A stretch of DNA of 64,000 nucleotides from NCBI GenBank assembly GCA_951804945.1, contig OX638159.1, positions 45,880,001 to 45,944,000 of the forward strand, written 5' to 3'. Positions 22,295 to 35,983 of this stretch are shown piece by piece; the stretch's first letter is position 1, and each line of letters begins with the position of its first letter. The stretch comes from Podarcis cretensis. Taxonomy: Eukaryota. Below the pieces are notes generated by a model. The model was not told the origin of the DNA. It made no database searches and worked only from the letters and a program-made list of their open reading frames with translations. A program made the position numbers and the translations under genes.

Positions 22295-25044
22295 ACACTG
22301 TTACAATCTTAGTACTTGCTGTTGCAGCAATCTGACTGGTGCTGCTCTTATGGGGCTCTCTAAGGCCATTTCGCTCTGGTCACCCTAATGATTCAGTCTG
22401 AGGAAGGGCTGTCTGGACATAGGGTCCTTCCTCAGAGTGAGGCATTGTGGGGTGAGAGCCCATATTTTGCCTGTGTTGGTGCTATTGAAGCAGCAGCAAA
22501 AATATAGAGATGGTGGTGATGATGAGGCCAGGGGAGGGGGGAGGGTGTGTGTGGTGGAGACAGGCTCCCCCAGATGTCACCTTGGGGGGGGTGTGACAAA
22601 ATGCTGGGCGGCACTCACCATGGGGTCTGCAGCGCGCCCAAGCCATGCGTCTCTCCTGGGACAGGCTCCATGTTGCCCCAAACAGTCCACCCGCCGCCTC
22701 CCCCTCAGCTGTAGGGCAGCTGAGTGGGAGGAGGCAGGCAGACTCCTCAGAGGCCCCGCGGAGCGTCCTGCCCCAGCTGGCCCCCACCCCACGGGCGGCT
22801 GGCCCTGCCCCTGGGCACGGGCACGCATGCCGCCCCAGGCACCCAATCAGCTTGCTCCACCACTGGGTGAGGCACATTGATCTGGCATTTTGCTGCCTGA
22901 GTCAGAGTATCAAACTCTCCCCACTCAAGTCACGGTCCATAGTATCCAAGGCCGATAAAGGTTTATAAGCACCTACGGCAGAAAACCCCCAAAGCATATC
23001 TTCTCTTTCCTGGCAGTAAGAATACAACAATAATACATCAACAATTTGCTTCACTTTCATGACACTCAAAACCAGCTGCTTGATGTGGCTTCCTCATTCT
23101 ACCCAATGGTAGGGCTGGCTGATAAAGACGACACAATATCCCTCCCTTGTTGTAGTATTCAGAAGTATGCTGCCTTAGAACACAGAGGGTTCATTTACCC
23201 ATCACTGCTAACGTGCAGCCAAATCAGCCTCAAGTTTTCATATAAAGACAAATGCCTCAACCACAAAATCCCACAAATTCATATTTTTTTACTAACCTCA
23301 AATGAAAGAAGAGTTTAAGCCACTTAAAGAAGATACGGATTTGTGGCCCAAAACTGTCTGGTTTCCTTCTCCAGCTCTAAAATTATCCCGAGCATAGCGG
23401 ATGGGGTTTGGGCTGGGCTCTGGCTGGGAGATAGTTGTGGTGAGCCCTTTAGCCACAATGAAATGGATGGATTTCTGCGGGCTTATTGGTAGCACAAAAT
23501 GTCACACATTTCCCTTTAGTCTGGCAACATGAAATGTCAAAAGAATCAGGTTGCTTGATTGAAATGATTGTGTGGATGCACGGAAAAGCTTTGCTTATTG
23601 ATCCAGATATATCCAAAATGTTTGGAAAGTAGGATTTTGGATTCATGAAATTAAGATTCATGAAAGTAAAATTCTGGATTCATTCCAGTGTTGTTTGCTG
23701 CAGCCTGATGCATTTCAGGTTGGGGGGGGCAACAGAATGTGTCTTATCTAGCATTTGGGGGGGTTGATTCAGTTTGTATTTAAAGGCAAATCTATCAAAT
23801 CTGCACTTTTCAAAACAGCACGAGAACTGAAACACAGCCATTTGTTGAAATCCAAACTTACCTGAATTTTGTAATGGAGTTATCCAACCAACATTTACAA
23901 AAATGCACCTATTAATCAAAATAACATATCAAAATGCATTACATTGGAGGGGTGCTTGCAAAAATGCATACATTCATCAGAACTGCACACCCAAAGGTGT
24001 TTATTAGTAGAAATTTGCACTAAAATGCCAAAAAAAATATCATGAATTACAGAATTAACAAATTGCTGCAGTTGTCCCATGCACACAATGATTAAGTTGG
24101 ATATAATGCTATATTTCTGCAGCATAATTTTTTTAATATTAATACATAATAGATATACACTTTGTTGTATACATATATGCCATTTACATTACGAAACCTG
24201 GACTGAATATATGTGTGGCATCGCTGTAATAAAACAGGACTGTGTACATGTCATAATTGTGAAAACTGAATTGTTCCCCTGTCCTGGCCCACCCCATGCA
24301 TCTCTAGAATAACTCTGGAAAGATCCTACAGCTTTGACATGAGTGTAGACCTTTTCGGAAGTTGTGCTGACCATGCAACAGGGGCAGGCAGGCATGACTC
24401 TACTCTCCCACCATTGCCCTATGTGCATTCGGTGCACACAGTCAAAACATGTGCACAATCTTACTGCCAGCCTTATTTCCAGTCGTCTTTGAACAAGGCA
24501 CTGAGGCCAATACCTGCCCAGTCAAAGGAAGAACAATAAAAGGAACATAAATATAGGTGGAGAAGATTTTCGTTCTGGCCAGGATATCTTGGCAGGCTAA
24601 ATGTGAAGGTGTTCTGCATAACAAGCCTACGGAGGTCAGGAGGGCCCTGGTTTCCCCTGTGATCAGGAAGGCCCTGCCTCTCACAGCACAGTGCCGCCTG
24701 ATGCTGGTGCAGCTCCAAAGAGCTGTCGAACTAATTCTGTGAGCCCAAGAGGTCTTGACATTTGGTGTGGCCCTTATCACAAACAATTGCCCCCATGCCA
24801 CGGAGCCAGTTGTTTTTGAAATGGAAGGGAGGTTCGACATTAGTTTGTGATAAGAAATTTGGGTCTGGGGGTGGCGCTGCCATGCAAAGAGAAAGATTTA
24901 AAACATTATATCACCAGCTAAACATTGTGACACACCGATATATCGTGATGTCTGAAATAAGGGTGGAACTGTGTAGAGAAGAATGGAGTAATGTCCTGGC
25001 AATGGCTACTACTTAGGGGCCTAAAACCAATACATTTTTACTTA

Positions 25045-25468
25045 CCGTATTTTTCGCTCTATAAGACACACCAGACCATAAGGCGCACCTAGTTTTTGGA
25101 AGAGGAAAACAAGAAAAAAAAAATATTCTGAATCCCAGAAGCCAGAACAGCAAGAGGAATCTGGCTTCTGGGATAGCCTCTTGCTGTTCTGGCTTCTGGG
25201 ATAGCCATGCGAAGTCTCTTCAGGGCAGCAGTATGAAGGAAGAGGCTGTGTGTTCCCCCCTGCCTGGAAGAGGCTGTGTGTGGCTAAGGCAGAAGCCAGG
25301 GCATCAAGCGGTGCTCCGTTCCTCCTCCCGCTTCGCAGGAGAGGCGCTTCACTGAAGGGGTGCTTCGCAGCTCTCCCTCTCTGCGTACCGCCATTCGCTC
25401 TATAAGACGCACTCACATTTCCCCTTATTTTTTAGGAGGAAAAAAGTGCATCTTATGGAGAAATATGG
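25045..25468. mobile_element. MITE family D copy
   Basis: Same TIR and TA flanks. Nested in an older repeat (~24900-25706). Confidence 0.85.
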
Positions 25469-28400
25469 TACCTTTAACATATTGTTACAACTGTTATTTT
25501 ATTGTACAGAGGAACAGGGGCAGCAAGAATCACGAGAAAAGTGGTGACAGGCTTCACTATTTTCCCCATATCACAATTATTTACATAGCACACATGCTCA
25601 TTGTGATTTGAAATATATTTTTGCCATGTCAAATATGATGAAACCGTTATCATGATGTGGACTTCAAACCCATTTTGGATAATATATTGATACATTGTCC
25701 AGCCCTAGAGCTCAGTTCTAGCTGGCACACAGATGATGGCCTGTTTCCTAATTCAAATCAAAGTGGCCACATACAGTATGTATTATTTGTGGTTTGCATA
25801 AAATTTGCAAATACTAATTTATATTTAAAATTTGCAAATACTAATTTATATTAAATTTTAAGTACTATAATTTAAAGAGAAGTAAATGCTTCCTATATTC
25901 CCAAGACGGTGATCAGGTGAGTGTCCCTTCTCAGTCTTTCGTCCAGGGACTAAATGCTGGTGTGCAACTGAGGACCCCTGCTATCCTTTCTTATGATTCT
26001 TTTGTCTTTAAATTGCACTTGGAATAGACAGCTCTTCAAACAAGGATTTCCCCCCAAAAAAATATAAGAATGACCACTGAGATTCTATAGAACACAAAGA
26101 ATGTCCTCAGTGCTGTAGGACACATGACCACCCTATTGAAGCACCAGAGTCTCTGAGGCAGAGATTGGGTGGGAAGGTATGCTGGCTTCTCAGAGACATA
26201 CCAGGAGCTCAGTCAAACACAGGACATTGAACTAATACATTGGGTGAATCATCTTTCATAAAAACGATCTCAATAATAGAAGGGTGGCGTGCAAATAGTA
26301 AAGAGCAGAGCAGGGAGGGGCAGTGCGTGTTCTAGCAAAGACAAGGAAACACAGATATTTCCTTTCTTTATTTCTTTCCCGGAGCCCAGCCTGTTTTGGT
26401 GTAATGTGTTCGACCCCTTTGCTTCTGGGAAATGACCAGAGTGAGACCACTTTTGTAAGAAGTGGCTCCAACGCTCACAAACATGGGAGAAACGCCTTGT
26501 CTGTTGGCAAAGTAGGTTTGCTAGGACAGTCTGTGGCTAGCTGCTCTGTGGATTCTGGAAAAGCGCCCGTTGGGCTTTTCTAATATGCTGCAATTTTTCA
26601 GAAGAAGATGCCATTTTTTCACATGCAAATAGAAACGTAAGCAATTCAAATCCCATTGTTTGCATTGGGATGAGGTGCACATCAAACCTAGCGGCGTGTT
26701 TAGGGGGAGCTTAGCATGAGGCTGCAGTGATTTGGATCTGTGTGGCCAATTTCTCAAAGGGTTGTAAGATAGAATGACTAAACTTCAGACAGCTTACTAA
26801 ATCTAACTAACATGCTGGATGAATTTGAAATAATGCTCGAAAGAAGATACCGTATCATTAAGCTTTTGCTCATGCACTCTGATGTTTGTGAAAGCCTAAG
26901 CAATTTGCTAATAGCTCTAAATCCTGATTCATTTCAGTATTTAGAGGTTCTGATTTAATCTGACATTTCCCACAATTTAATTAGATTATTCTAACCAGAG
27001 CAAACTTGTAAAAGTACGGTCCATCCCAAGCCATGTGGCCTACAGCAATTGGCAGGTAATTTAGCTTCACAAAGATACAAAAAATAAAGTAAGAAAAATG
27101 ACAATAGCAATGCTGGGAATGAGCAGTGGCTTTTATATACACCTTAGCTCTCCCCTTCAAATTGAAGCTGGCTTGGGAGTCCATAAAAGAAAGACTGAAC
27201 CTGACTGACCAGTTGGCCTCCAGCAGTTTTTTTTTAGGAAATGAGGCACCATATTTCAACATTTTTTTCTCAAACCAGCAACCAGGTACCTGTTACCAAT
27301 TTCCAGAGGTCACTTGTTCAGGAGCCCTTCTTGGGGAAGCAAGATGGGTCACAATTCTGCAACAGCATGGTCTCCATACTGCTGAATGCAATTGCCAATT
27401 ACCTATGACCTTGCAATACATGTGCAGAACTGAGGAACAGAAAACTGAGTGCCTTATGCACAGATACCTGTTTTTCTCTCTTTCCCTTTCCTCATTGTAG
27501 CATGGTCTAATCTTCCTCTATGAATGATATAGAACAGATACTGAAACTTACAGCCCTCCCCTCCCAAACTCCTGATCTCTCTCATCCATTGGGATAGCTC
27601 TGAGGGAATACCCCAAAATATAAAGCTGGCCTCCATAGTAAAAATGAAATTAGTTATTGCAGTTATTCAATATTAGTCCAATTTTCAACGTTTGTATGTT
27701 GAAATTCTCCAGATTTTTGGCTTTTGAAGGCATTGAGTATAAAATATTACCAGCTGACAGCTGTCAAATATGAAACACGACTACATGTCAACTATCCTGT
27801 CAACATCAATCTTCAAATAAGTTTCAAATAATGAAATCAAATGCTACTGAGTTGATTATGCACTATCGTTGGGTAACAGTGATCTGGTGCACAGTCAACA
27901 TGAACTGTGGGTAAGATTTAACATTGAGATTTAAAGGTTCAAAGGAAGTTAAAACAACTCTTAACTCAGAATCTGAAATTACATTGAGACACACTGTGAA
28001 GAACAAATTAAGTTATTAAAAACTCATAAACTGAAGTATGGCTACTGAATAACATTGTTGCCCAAAACTATGAATGGGTCTAGCATCTTTCGGTTTGTTA
28101 TGTGGCTGTTCTAGATTAGCATTTTGTTTTCCACCTTTGGTTTATTTTAATCAAATCAGAATTAGATGGCTACCTATAGTGCCCACAGAGGTGGATTTTC
28201 AGGCAGTGTGATTAGTTTCCCTGCTCTGGGCACCAAGTTGGGGGGAAAGGCACCATAGGCTATCACAACTATTTTGTAGTGCACATGCAGCATGGAAGGT
28301 GAGAGGGCGCCAAATTTTGGCTTCCCACAGGGCACCACTGAAATTTGAAATACCCAAGTCCAATCCTGGGTGAAGACATGACTTTTTACGCAAACAATCC

Positions 28401-28521
28401 TGATTGTTTCCTTCCCATAGATAACCTAGTGTTAAATGTCTGAATCAGCAAAACATATGAAGGATATGCCTTGTACCTAAGGCACAAAAGCCAAATATGC
28501 TGCTAGCTAATACATCTTTGT

Positions 28522-28844
28522 GGGACGCAGGTGGCACTGTGGGTTAAACCACAGGGCCTAGGACTTGTGAATCAGAAGGTCGGCGGTTCGAATCCCTGCG
28601 ACGGGGTGAGCTCCCTGCTCCTGCCAACCTAGCAGTTCAAAAGCACGTCAAAGTGCAAGTAGATAAATAGATACCGCTCCAGCAGGAAGGTAAACGGTGT
28701 TTCCGTGCTCTGCTCTGGTTCGCCAGAAGTGGTTTATTCATGCTGGCCACATGATCCGGAAACTGTACGTCAGCTCCCTCGGCCAATAAAGCAAGATGAG
28801 CGCCGCAACCCCAGAGTCGGTCAGGGGTCCCTTTACCTTTACCT
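28522..28844 (+). mobile_element. Sauria SINE
   Basis: Head, B box, (ACCTTT)n tail, TSD TAATACATCT (28508-28517, 28845-28854). Confidence 0.92.
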
Positions 28845-29135
28845 TAATACATCTCTAAGAAAACCAGACAAATCAGAAAATTGGAGGGGGTGTTTTCGGC
28901 AAAACTATTGCTCGATGACATTTGCTTTCTACTTTCTTTCCTCATTCCCAAGGGGGGAAAGCAGCTCTTAGCATCATTAGCTAAAAAAGTATGGTAGCTA
29001 TGCTCACCCTTGGCATGCACACACTGAGAATATCAATTCTGATGTGTGCTTTAAGTGTTACTTTCCAAGATAATTAAGAGAACTGATATAAACACTGCCC
29101 CTGTGTTTCACATGGAGGGGGAAAATATTTTAGCT

Positions 29136-29271
29136 CAGGCATAGGCAAACTCCGGCCCTCCAGATGTTTGGGACTACAGTTCCCAGGATCCCTGACCACT
29201 GGTCCTGTTAGCTAGGGATGATGGGAACTGTAATCCCAAACATCTGGAGGGCCGGAGTTTGCCTATGCCTC
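29136..29271. mobile_element. hAT MITE (palindromic)
   Basis: Long TIRs, perfect 8-bp TSD TTTTAGCT. Confidence 0.9.
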
Positions 29272-30476
29272 TTTTAGCTCATTCTTTGCTGTGTTTAGTC
29301 CATAAAATTTCGTAAGTTTGGGCACTGGATTCTGTCCAACTTGTCACATAGTCTAGGCAACTGGACTTCATTCAATTCAACCTTAGACAATGATATGAAA
29401 ATGAAAAGACTTTCCATTCGCTCTGTAAATATGGGTTATATTCAACTTAGTAATATTCATAGCAACTCATTTAAATAATAGAGTTAAGGTAGTCTAATTT
29501 AATTCCATTGGGAAGGATGTGACCACTTAACCCAGTCCTGGCTGGCCGCTTGGAATGTTGGGTTTTCCCATCATTCATAATTCCAAACCAACCAATCCAG
29601 GCAGACTGGATGGGTGTGGCCTGGGAGAGGACTGAAGTGGAGCAGGCTTCACTCCAGTTTGCCCCCTGCCTATAAAGGCCAGCTGTACCTCATCTTGGGA
29701 CTGTGGTTGGTTAAAGAACAACCACCTGCCCTCCCTTTGTACTGCAATTTTCTATATGCTAACTTTTCTTCCTTCCCAGTGCACCACATTTTTTACCATG
29801 CTATGACAGCACTAAGCAGATCACTCCATCAGTGCAAGCATTTGTGCATCCCTGATGGAACGACAGTGCCAGATTTAGCATGGTGTGGGCTGTTCCCGCA
29901 CAGAATGCTGAGCCAAGGGGGTGCATAACACAATAGTAAAACCTCTATTTATACGGGTACATACAGAGAAGATCCATAAACAAGCAACTGTACCAAAATG
30001 AATTATTGTGAAAATAATAAATATTTAGGTAGAGGGGGAGACCAAATTTTGTCATCGCTCAGGGTGCCTTATTACCCAAGTGTACCCCTAAGCAATCTGC
30101 TTTTCCAGGGGCTCTCCTGACTCCACCAAGACAATTTTGCATAGGGGGTTTTGCAGGGAGAGGAGAGGCAGGGCATGCCCCATTGCACTTTTGGAAGTCC
30201 TTGCAGGGACCTCCGCTGGCAGAATCTGGCCTGGTTTTAATGGGTATGCCGTGACATAGGTGTGTGGCCTTTGGGTCATATACAACCCTTAGTTTTTAAA
30301 GTATAATCTTTATGTGTAATGGTTTCCATAAGAGAAACCACATGATCTCTCTAATGCAGGGATGGGAAACCTGTGGCCCTGCAGAAGTTGTGGGATTAAA
30401 ACTCCCATAATCTCTGACCAAAGTTTTCTCATTCCTGCTGTAATGCAAAAATTGGTGCCATGACTCAGTTTATCCA

Positions 30477-30477
<1 letters not shown>

Positions 30478-30518
<41 letters not shown>

Positions 30519-30532
30519 TGTGTATGTGTGTG
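30478..30532. repeat. Compound (TC)n(TG)n microsatellite
   Basis: Direct reading. Other simple repeats: poly-T 682-703, (GA)n ~55641-55671. Confidence 0.95.
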
Positions 30533-32030
30533 TTGTATACGACAGCTTCCTATGTCTGATAGCTAAAATAACATGGCAGGGGCTGGCTACTGCTTTGTTA
30601 TAAACTTTGGGTAAAGGTAATACTTTCAAGTGAAAAACAAAGTAGACAATAGGAATACAGTTTCATCATGTTACAAAATCATTTAAAATGGATTGAGCAT
30701 ATATCCTCTGCTGGGGTAGCCTATTGCTTCAATGTGAAAAGCTCAGGGTTTATTCTTTGCCCTGAAAAACAAAACAAAACACTGAGTTGATAAAGTGAAA
30801 TTGTGACACCTCTTTTCTGTTTTTTGAATTGCACCATGAGCCCGTTGCAGCACGGATGTGTCAGAGTTCACAAATGTTTGTAGGACTACATCAAGATGAA
30901 TAATTTGCAAATTTGCAAAGGTCTTGAAGGGGAGAGAGCGAGAGAGAGAATGAAACACAATTTTAGAGGTAGTAGGTACCTCTTCTAACCTAGGACCTGT
31001 ACTGAAGATAGCTCCCTTTCAAACCTAGTAGGGGGAACAATTAATAAAGGAACCCATTAAGGTCTGATTGTTGCTGCTAAAAAGGAAGGTTGAATTTCAG
31101 TCCTTTGAAGTAACTGAGAATGATTCAGGCCTCATTACAGAGATATAATCTACATTCATACATTTATGTTAGTGATTCAGATCTATTGGGGCAGATTGAA
31201 TTCCGTTAAATAGTGCATCTTTCCTCTGGAACTTTTCTCAGGCTTTTTCAGGCTAACCTAAGAGGGGGCCTAACAATACAAAGTAGTAGGGTACTTAGGG
31301 ATTCCACTGTGCTATAAAAGAAAGGCTATACAGAAAGTAGGAAAAAAGGAGTGAGATATAATCTAAAAAGCTATGTCAGCTTTTCATTGGGCCTCTGTTT
31401 TGTAAGTGCCCATCCTGTCATCACACAGTATACAGAAAAAAGGAGCCCATGAGTGTTTCTTCACCAAATATTGCACCTGCTGTAGCTGGATTTAATAGGA
31501 TAGTTTCTAAGATTATTTTTAAATAAAACATTTTGTTCATGCAATCAAACCAAAGCTGCAAAGAGGATCTAAGCAGAACTTTTAACAGCAGGAGCATTGT
31601 TGGGGGGTGGGGTGGCCCAAGGGGCTTTTAACCCAGGTCTTTTGCAAATGGCCCTGGATCTCCTACTCTTTCCTTTGCTCTTTTTTAAACTTTATAAATT
31701 TGCCGCATTATTTATTTAAAGCATTTATATACCACTTGCCCACTAGCATTTCGAAGAGTTGAATCGAAAATAACCATACAGAATAGAACATTAAGAATCA
31801 TCATAAAACTGAACAGAAACCTGAACCACTACCTGAAAATGCCTGAAAGCACAGATTCTAGGAGTTATGAGCCATGCATCCAAACCAACAGAAACCCCCC
31901 AAAAGTTCTCTTTGATCTACAAGTGATCAGGTGTTCCTTATCAAATATATACCCCACTATCCCCCCCCCAAAAGCAGCCCAGGGCAGGAAACATATCTGT
32001 AAAAAAATGCAATTGAAATAATAATAATAA

Positions 32031-33060
32031 AAAAAATGATAAAAAGGTAGGGTTCCAGGTGGAGAAATCGAAGTTGGAAACAGAATTGTTAGAACCAAAA
32101 ACTAAGGTATTATCAAGAATGTATAACTTGCTGCTGAAATGGAATACACAAGACGAAATGGTTAAATCGGTTATGATAAAGTGGGCTCAGGATATTGGGC
32201 ATAATATCATGTTTGAGGACTGGGAAAGGTTGTGGACCACTGGGCTGAACTTCACTGCATGTAATGCTTTGAAGGAAAATGTAATGAAAATGATATATAG
32301 ATGGTACATGACCCCAGTTAAACTTGCCAAAATATACCATTTGTCTGATAATAAATGTTGGAAATGTAAAGAACATGAAGGAACATTCTTTCACCTCTGG
32401 TGGACTTGCCCTAGAGTGAAGGCCTTCTGGGAAATGATATATAATGAGTTGAAAAAGGTATTTAAGTATACCTTCACTAAGAAACCAGAGGCCTTCCTTC
32501 TGGGCATTGTCGGCCAGAAGGTGTTAAAGAAGGACCGAACATTTTTTATGTATGCAACAACGGCATCAAGGATACTTATCGCTAAGAGTTGGAAAACTCA
32601 AGATCTACCCACACTGGAAGAGTGGCAGATGCAGCTGATGGACTATATGCAACTGGCCGAGATGACTGGTAGAATTCGAGACCTGGGAGAAGAGAGGGTT
32701 GAAGAAGACTGGAAGAAATTCAAGATTTATTTACAAAAGTATTGTAATTTGGTCGAATGCTAAGAAGGATGCTAGATCATAAATAATTGCCTACCATTGA
32801 ATTAGATTTGAATTTGACGATAAGTGAGATTGAGGAAAACATAAAACTTTTGGAGATTAGATTAAATTAATTGAACAAGATTTAAGAATATAAATAAGAT
32901 GATAAATTGCTGGAAAAAATTTACAATGATGTAAGTGGGAGTGGGAGACGTGAGGGAGCCCAAAGAAGTTTTGAAAAATGTGTTATGATATATGTTATAT
33001 TGTTTATTATTTTTGCAATTTGTATTTAAAAAAAATCTCAATAAATATTTATTAAAAAAA
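32031..33060 (+). mobile_element. L1-clade LINE, 5'-truncated (ORF2 C-terminus + 3' UTR)
   Basis: Open ORF to 32763 with CCHC knuckle CWKC-x8-HLWWTC, AATAAA and A tail. Apparent TSD TGAAATAATAATAATAA (32014-32030, 33061-33077). Confidence 0.92.
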
Positions 33061-33063
33061 TGA

Positions 33064-33117
<54 letters not shown>

Positions 33118-33200
33118 TTATTATTTATACCCCGCCCATCTGGCTGAGTTTCCCCAGCCACTCTGGGCGGCTCCCAATCAAGTGTTAAAAACAGTACAGA
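33061..33200 (-). mobile_element. L2-like 3' end with expanded (AAT)n microsatellite
   Basis: Reverse complement of the 56080-56182 sequence, about 18 AAT units. Confidence 0.8.
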
Positions 33201-34706
33201 GTTACAGTTAATATATATAATTGTTAAAAACATCTAAAAACAAGGAAACAGGTAACTAACCATGTGTCCGAATACTCGCCCAACCAGAAATGTTTTCAAC
33301 AGACATTTAGAAGAACACAAAGATGGCACCTGCCCAAACTGCAAGTCCTGCTAGACTAAGGCCATGACTGCAGAATGGACATTGCACCACACTTGTAGAA
33401 GTCAAGTTCTGTAGACTGATTGAGACAGCACATATAGGGTAAGACAATCCCTTAAGTAAACTGGTCCCAAGCCAGTCAGGGATGTATATACCAGTCGTAA
33501 CACTTTTAACTCAACCTGGTATTGAACTGGCAGCCAGAGCAGATGTTTGAGCACAGGTGCAACACGCTTACACTCCTGTAAGCAATTATGCTGTAGAATT
33601 TTGCACTAACATCAAGCAAAAGGGAAGCCCCATGCAGAGTGCATTGGAGTAGTCCGGTTCTGAAGTTACCGGTTCCTAAATCACTGTGGACAAGCAGCCC
33701 TGGTCCAGGAACAGCCGCAGTTGTCTAACCAGCTGAAGCCTGACACACACAAAATCTACTCACCCACAGAGCCTTTATCTTGCTGGGATTCAAGCTCAGC
33801 TTATTTGCCTTCATCTAGACACCAGTCCAAGACCTGCAGGAACTCTCCTCCTTCAGATGTCATGGAGGAAGAGACCCAAATACCCTAATGAGTACTTGCG
33901 CGTTATCCTGGGCCCAGGTTGCTAAGGGCCTTGTACATTACTACAAGAACTTTGAACCTGGATAGCTAGTACAACCTTTTAAGCACTGGTGTGCTGTGCT
34001 GGTGGTAGTCTGACCCCATCAATAGTCCAACCACAGCATTTTGCACCAGGTGGAGCTTCCAGACCAGGTGGAAGGGGAGACCCACATTGAGGCAACGTAA
34101 TAACCAAGTGGGTGCATGAGTTCCCAGCCGCTGCCACCCATCTTAATTTCCCAGGGGGAGCTATACAGATAAATTAGAGTATTTATATGCAATGTAACAT
34201 AACAAAACACTTGCACCATGGGCACGTGTCCCAGACCCTTAGAGTACGTAGCCATGCCCCCAACTGCTGCATATAATAAAGCCTTTATTATTTCTTTTTT
34301 TAAAAATGTAAGAACACTGTACATATCTTAAAAATATAACTGCCCTCCTCCCTCAAAAAAACCCACAAAACCAAAATCTGAAAGCGCATTGCACATTAAG
34401 GCTGCAGTCCTATATGTGCACTTATTAGGAGTAAGCCTCACTGAACTCAATGGGGCTTCATAGTTGTTGTTGTTTTTAAAAGATAAATAGGATTTGCCTG
34501 TAAAATTACTGAAGTAACAGTTAACGAATTAGCACTACTGAAAAATGGAACACTGCTTGCAATTTTCATCACTATTGTATCACAGATCTTGTTTAGATAA
34601 AGGCCACTGACCAGCTCTACTGATGTGCAACTAGACACACACATCATCTCTAGTTGCCTGAATCAGGATAAACATTCAAATTAGATGGCTTTAAGAGGGA
34701 TCAGAC

Positions 34707-34835
34707 CAAGCTTCCTCAACCTCGGCCCTCCAGATGTTTTGAGACTACAATTCCCATCACCACTGGTCCTGCTAGCTAGGGATCATGGGAGCTGTAGGCC
34801 AAAAACATCTGGAGGGCTGAGGTTGAGGAAGCCTG
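34707..34835. mobile_element. hAT MITE (palindromic)
   Basis: TIRs, 8-bp TSD GAT(C/T)AGAC. Confidence 0.85.
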
Positions 34836-34849
34836 GATTAGACAAAATC

Positions 34850-35080
34850 ATGAGGGATGAATCTATCAGCAGCTACTAACTCTGATGTGTGTGTTCTACC
34901 ACCATAGTCAGAGGCAGCATGCCTCTGAATACCATTTGCTGAAATCACAACTGGGGAGTGTACGGTCGCACTTAGGTCCTTCTCGTGGGCTTCCCATAGA
35001 CATCTGGTTGGCCACTGTAAGAACAAAATACTGGACCAGATGGGCCCATTGGCCTGATCCAACAGGACTCATCTTATGTA
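34850..35080 (+). mobile_element. CR1-like 3' UTR relic
   Basis: Ends CTGGACCAGATGGGCCCATTGGCCTGATCCAACAGG...CTTATG. Similar relic at ~42650-42975. Confidence 0.6.
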
Positions 35081-35299
35081 ATTGTCCATATCAAAGATCA
35101 CATTCAAGCCGTTCAATGGGCACAGATAAATGCCACCATGTACATGCACATAAACCGAAGCATGCGTCCCTTGGGTGGCTCTCTTTCTAGATTAGGGCAA
35201 AAGTATCTTTGTAAAGGGGGTCAACCTATCCATTGGGCTGAAATTTACCTCTACAAGGGCAAAATGTATCACAGGCAGGTGTATCTGGTTGGCCACTGT

Positions 35300-35983
35300 C
35301 AGGGCCGGATTTAGGTTGGATGAGGTCCTAAGCTACGAAAGGTAATGGGGCCCTTTATATGTCCAGCTGTCCTTTGACAACAACAAATTGTTGCTGTTTC
35401 TTTGTGTTGAATACAGTGGTACCTCGGGTTAAGTACTTAATTTGTTCCGGAGGTCCGTACCTAACCTGAAACTGTTCTTAACCTGAAGCACCACTTTAGC
35501 TAATGGTCCCTCCTGCTGCTTCCGCGCCGCCAGAGCACGATTTCTGTTCTCATCCTGAAGCAAAGTTCTTAACCTGAAGCATTATTTCTGGTTTAGCGGA
35601 GTCTGTAACCTGAAACATATGTAACCTGAAGCGTATGTACCACTGTATATGCTACATGGTAATTTATGGACCTAATAGGTATCTAAAGCCATTTGCACAT
35701 GTTGCCATGCCACCAGTCCATGCAGAATGTAGCCACCATATATATAGAATCGAGCAAACCAGTGATATTTTAGGAAGCCGGCTAGCAGGCGGCGCCCATT
35801 ACTTACATCATAGGAGCCTACACAATACACAACACTATTGCTGTATGTAGGTTTTATTTGTTTTTTAACTTATATTTTGGAAATGTACATCGGGGGTTTT
35901 TTTGCTTTGAATTTTTGGAGGGCCCCCAAGAGAGAGGGGCCCTAAACTAAAGCTTGTTTAGCTTATACGTAAATCCGGCACTG
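35300..35983. mobile_element. hAT non-autonomous element
   Basis: TIRs CAGGGCCGGATTTA / TAAATCCGGCACTG, perfect 8-bp TSD GCCACTGT. Confidence 0.88.
35414..35645. mobile_element. MITE family A copy nested in a hAT element
   Basis: Same sequence, right TIR partly deleted, TA flanks. Confidence 0.88.

Noticed and set aside
31866-32030. Possible twin-priming inversion 5' of the L1 fragment
   Set aside because: The apparent TSD places the L1 boundary at ~32031 and the segment shows no L1 coding similarity.
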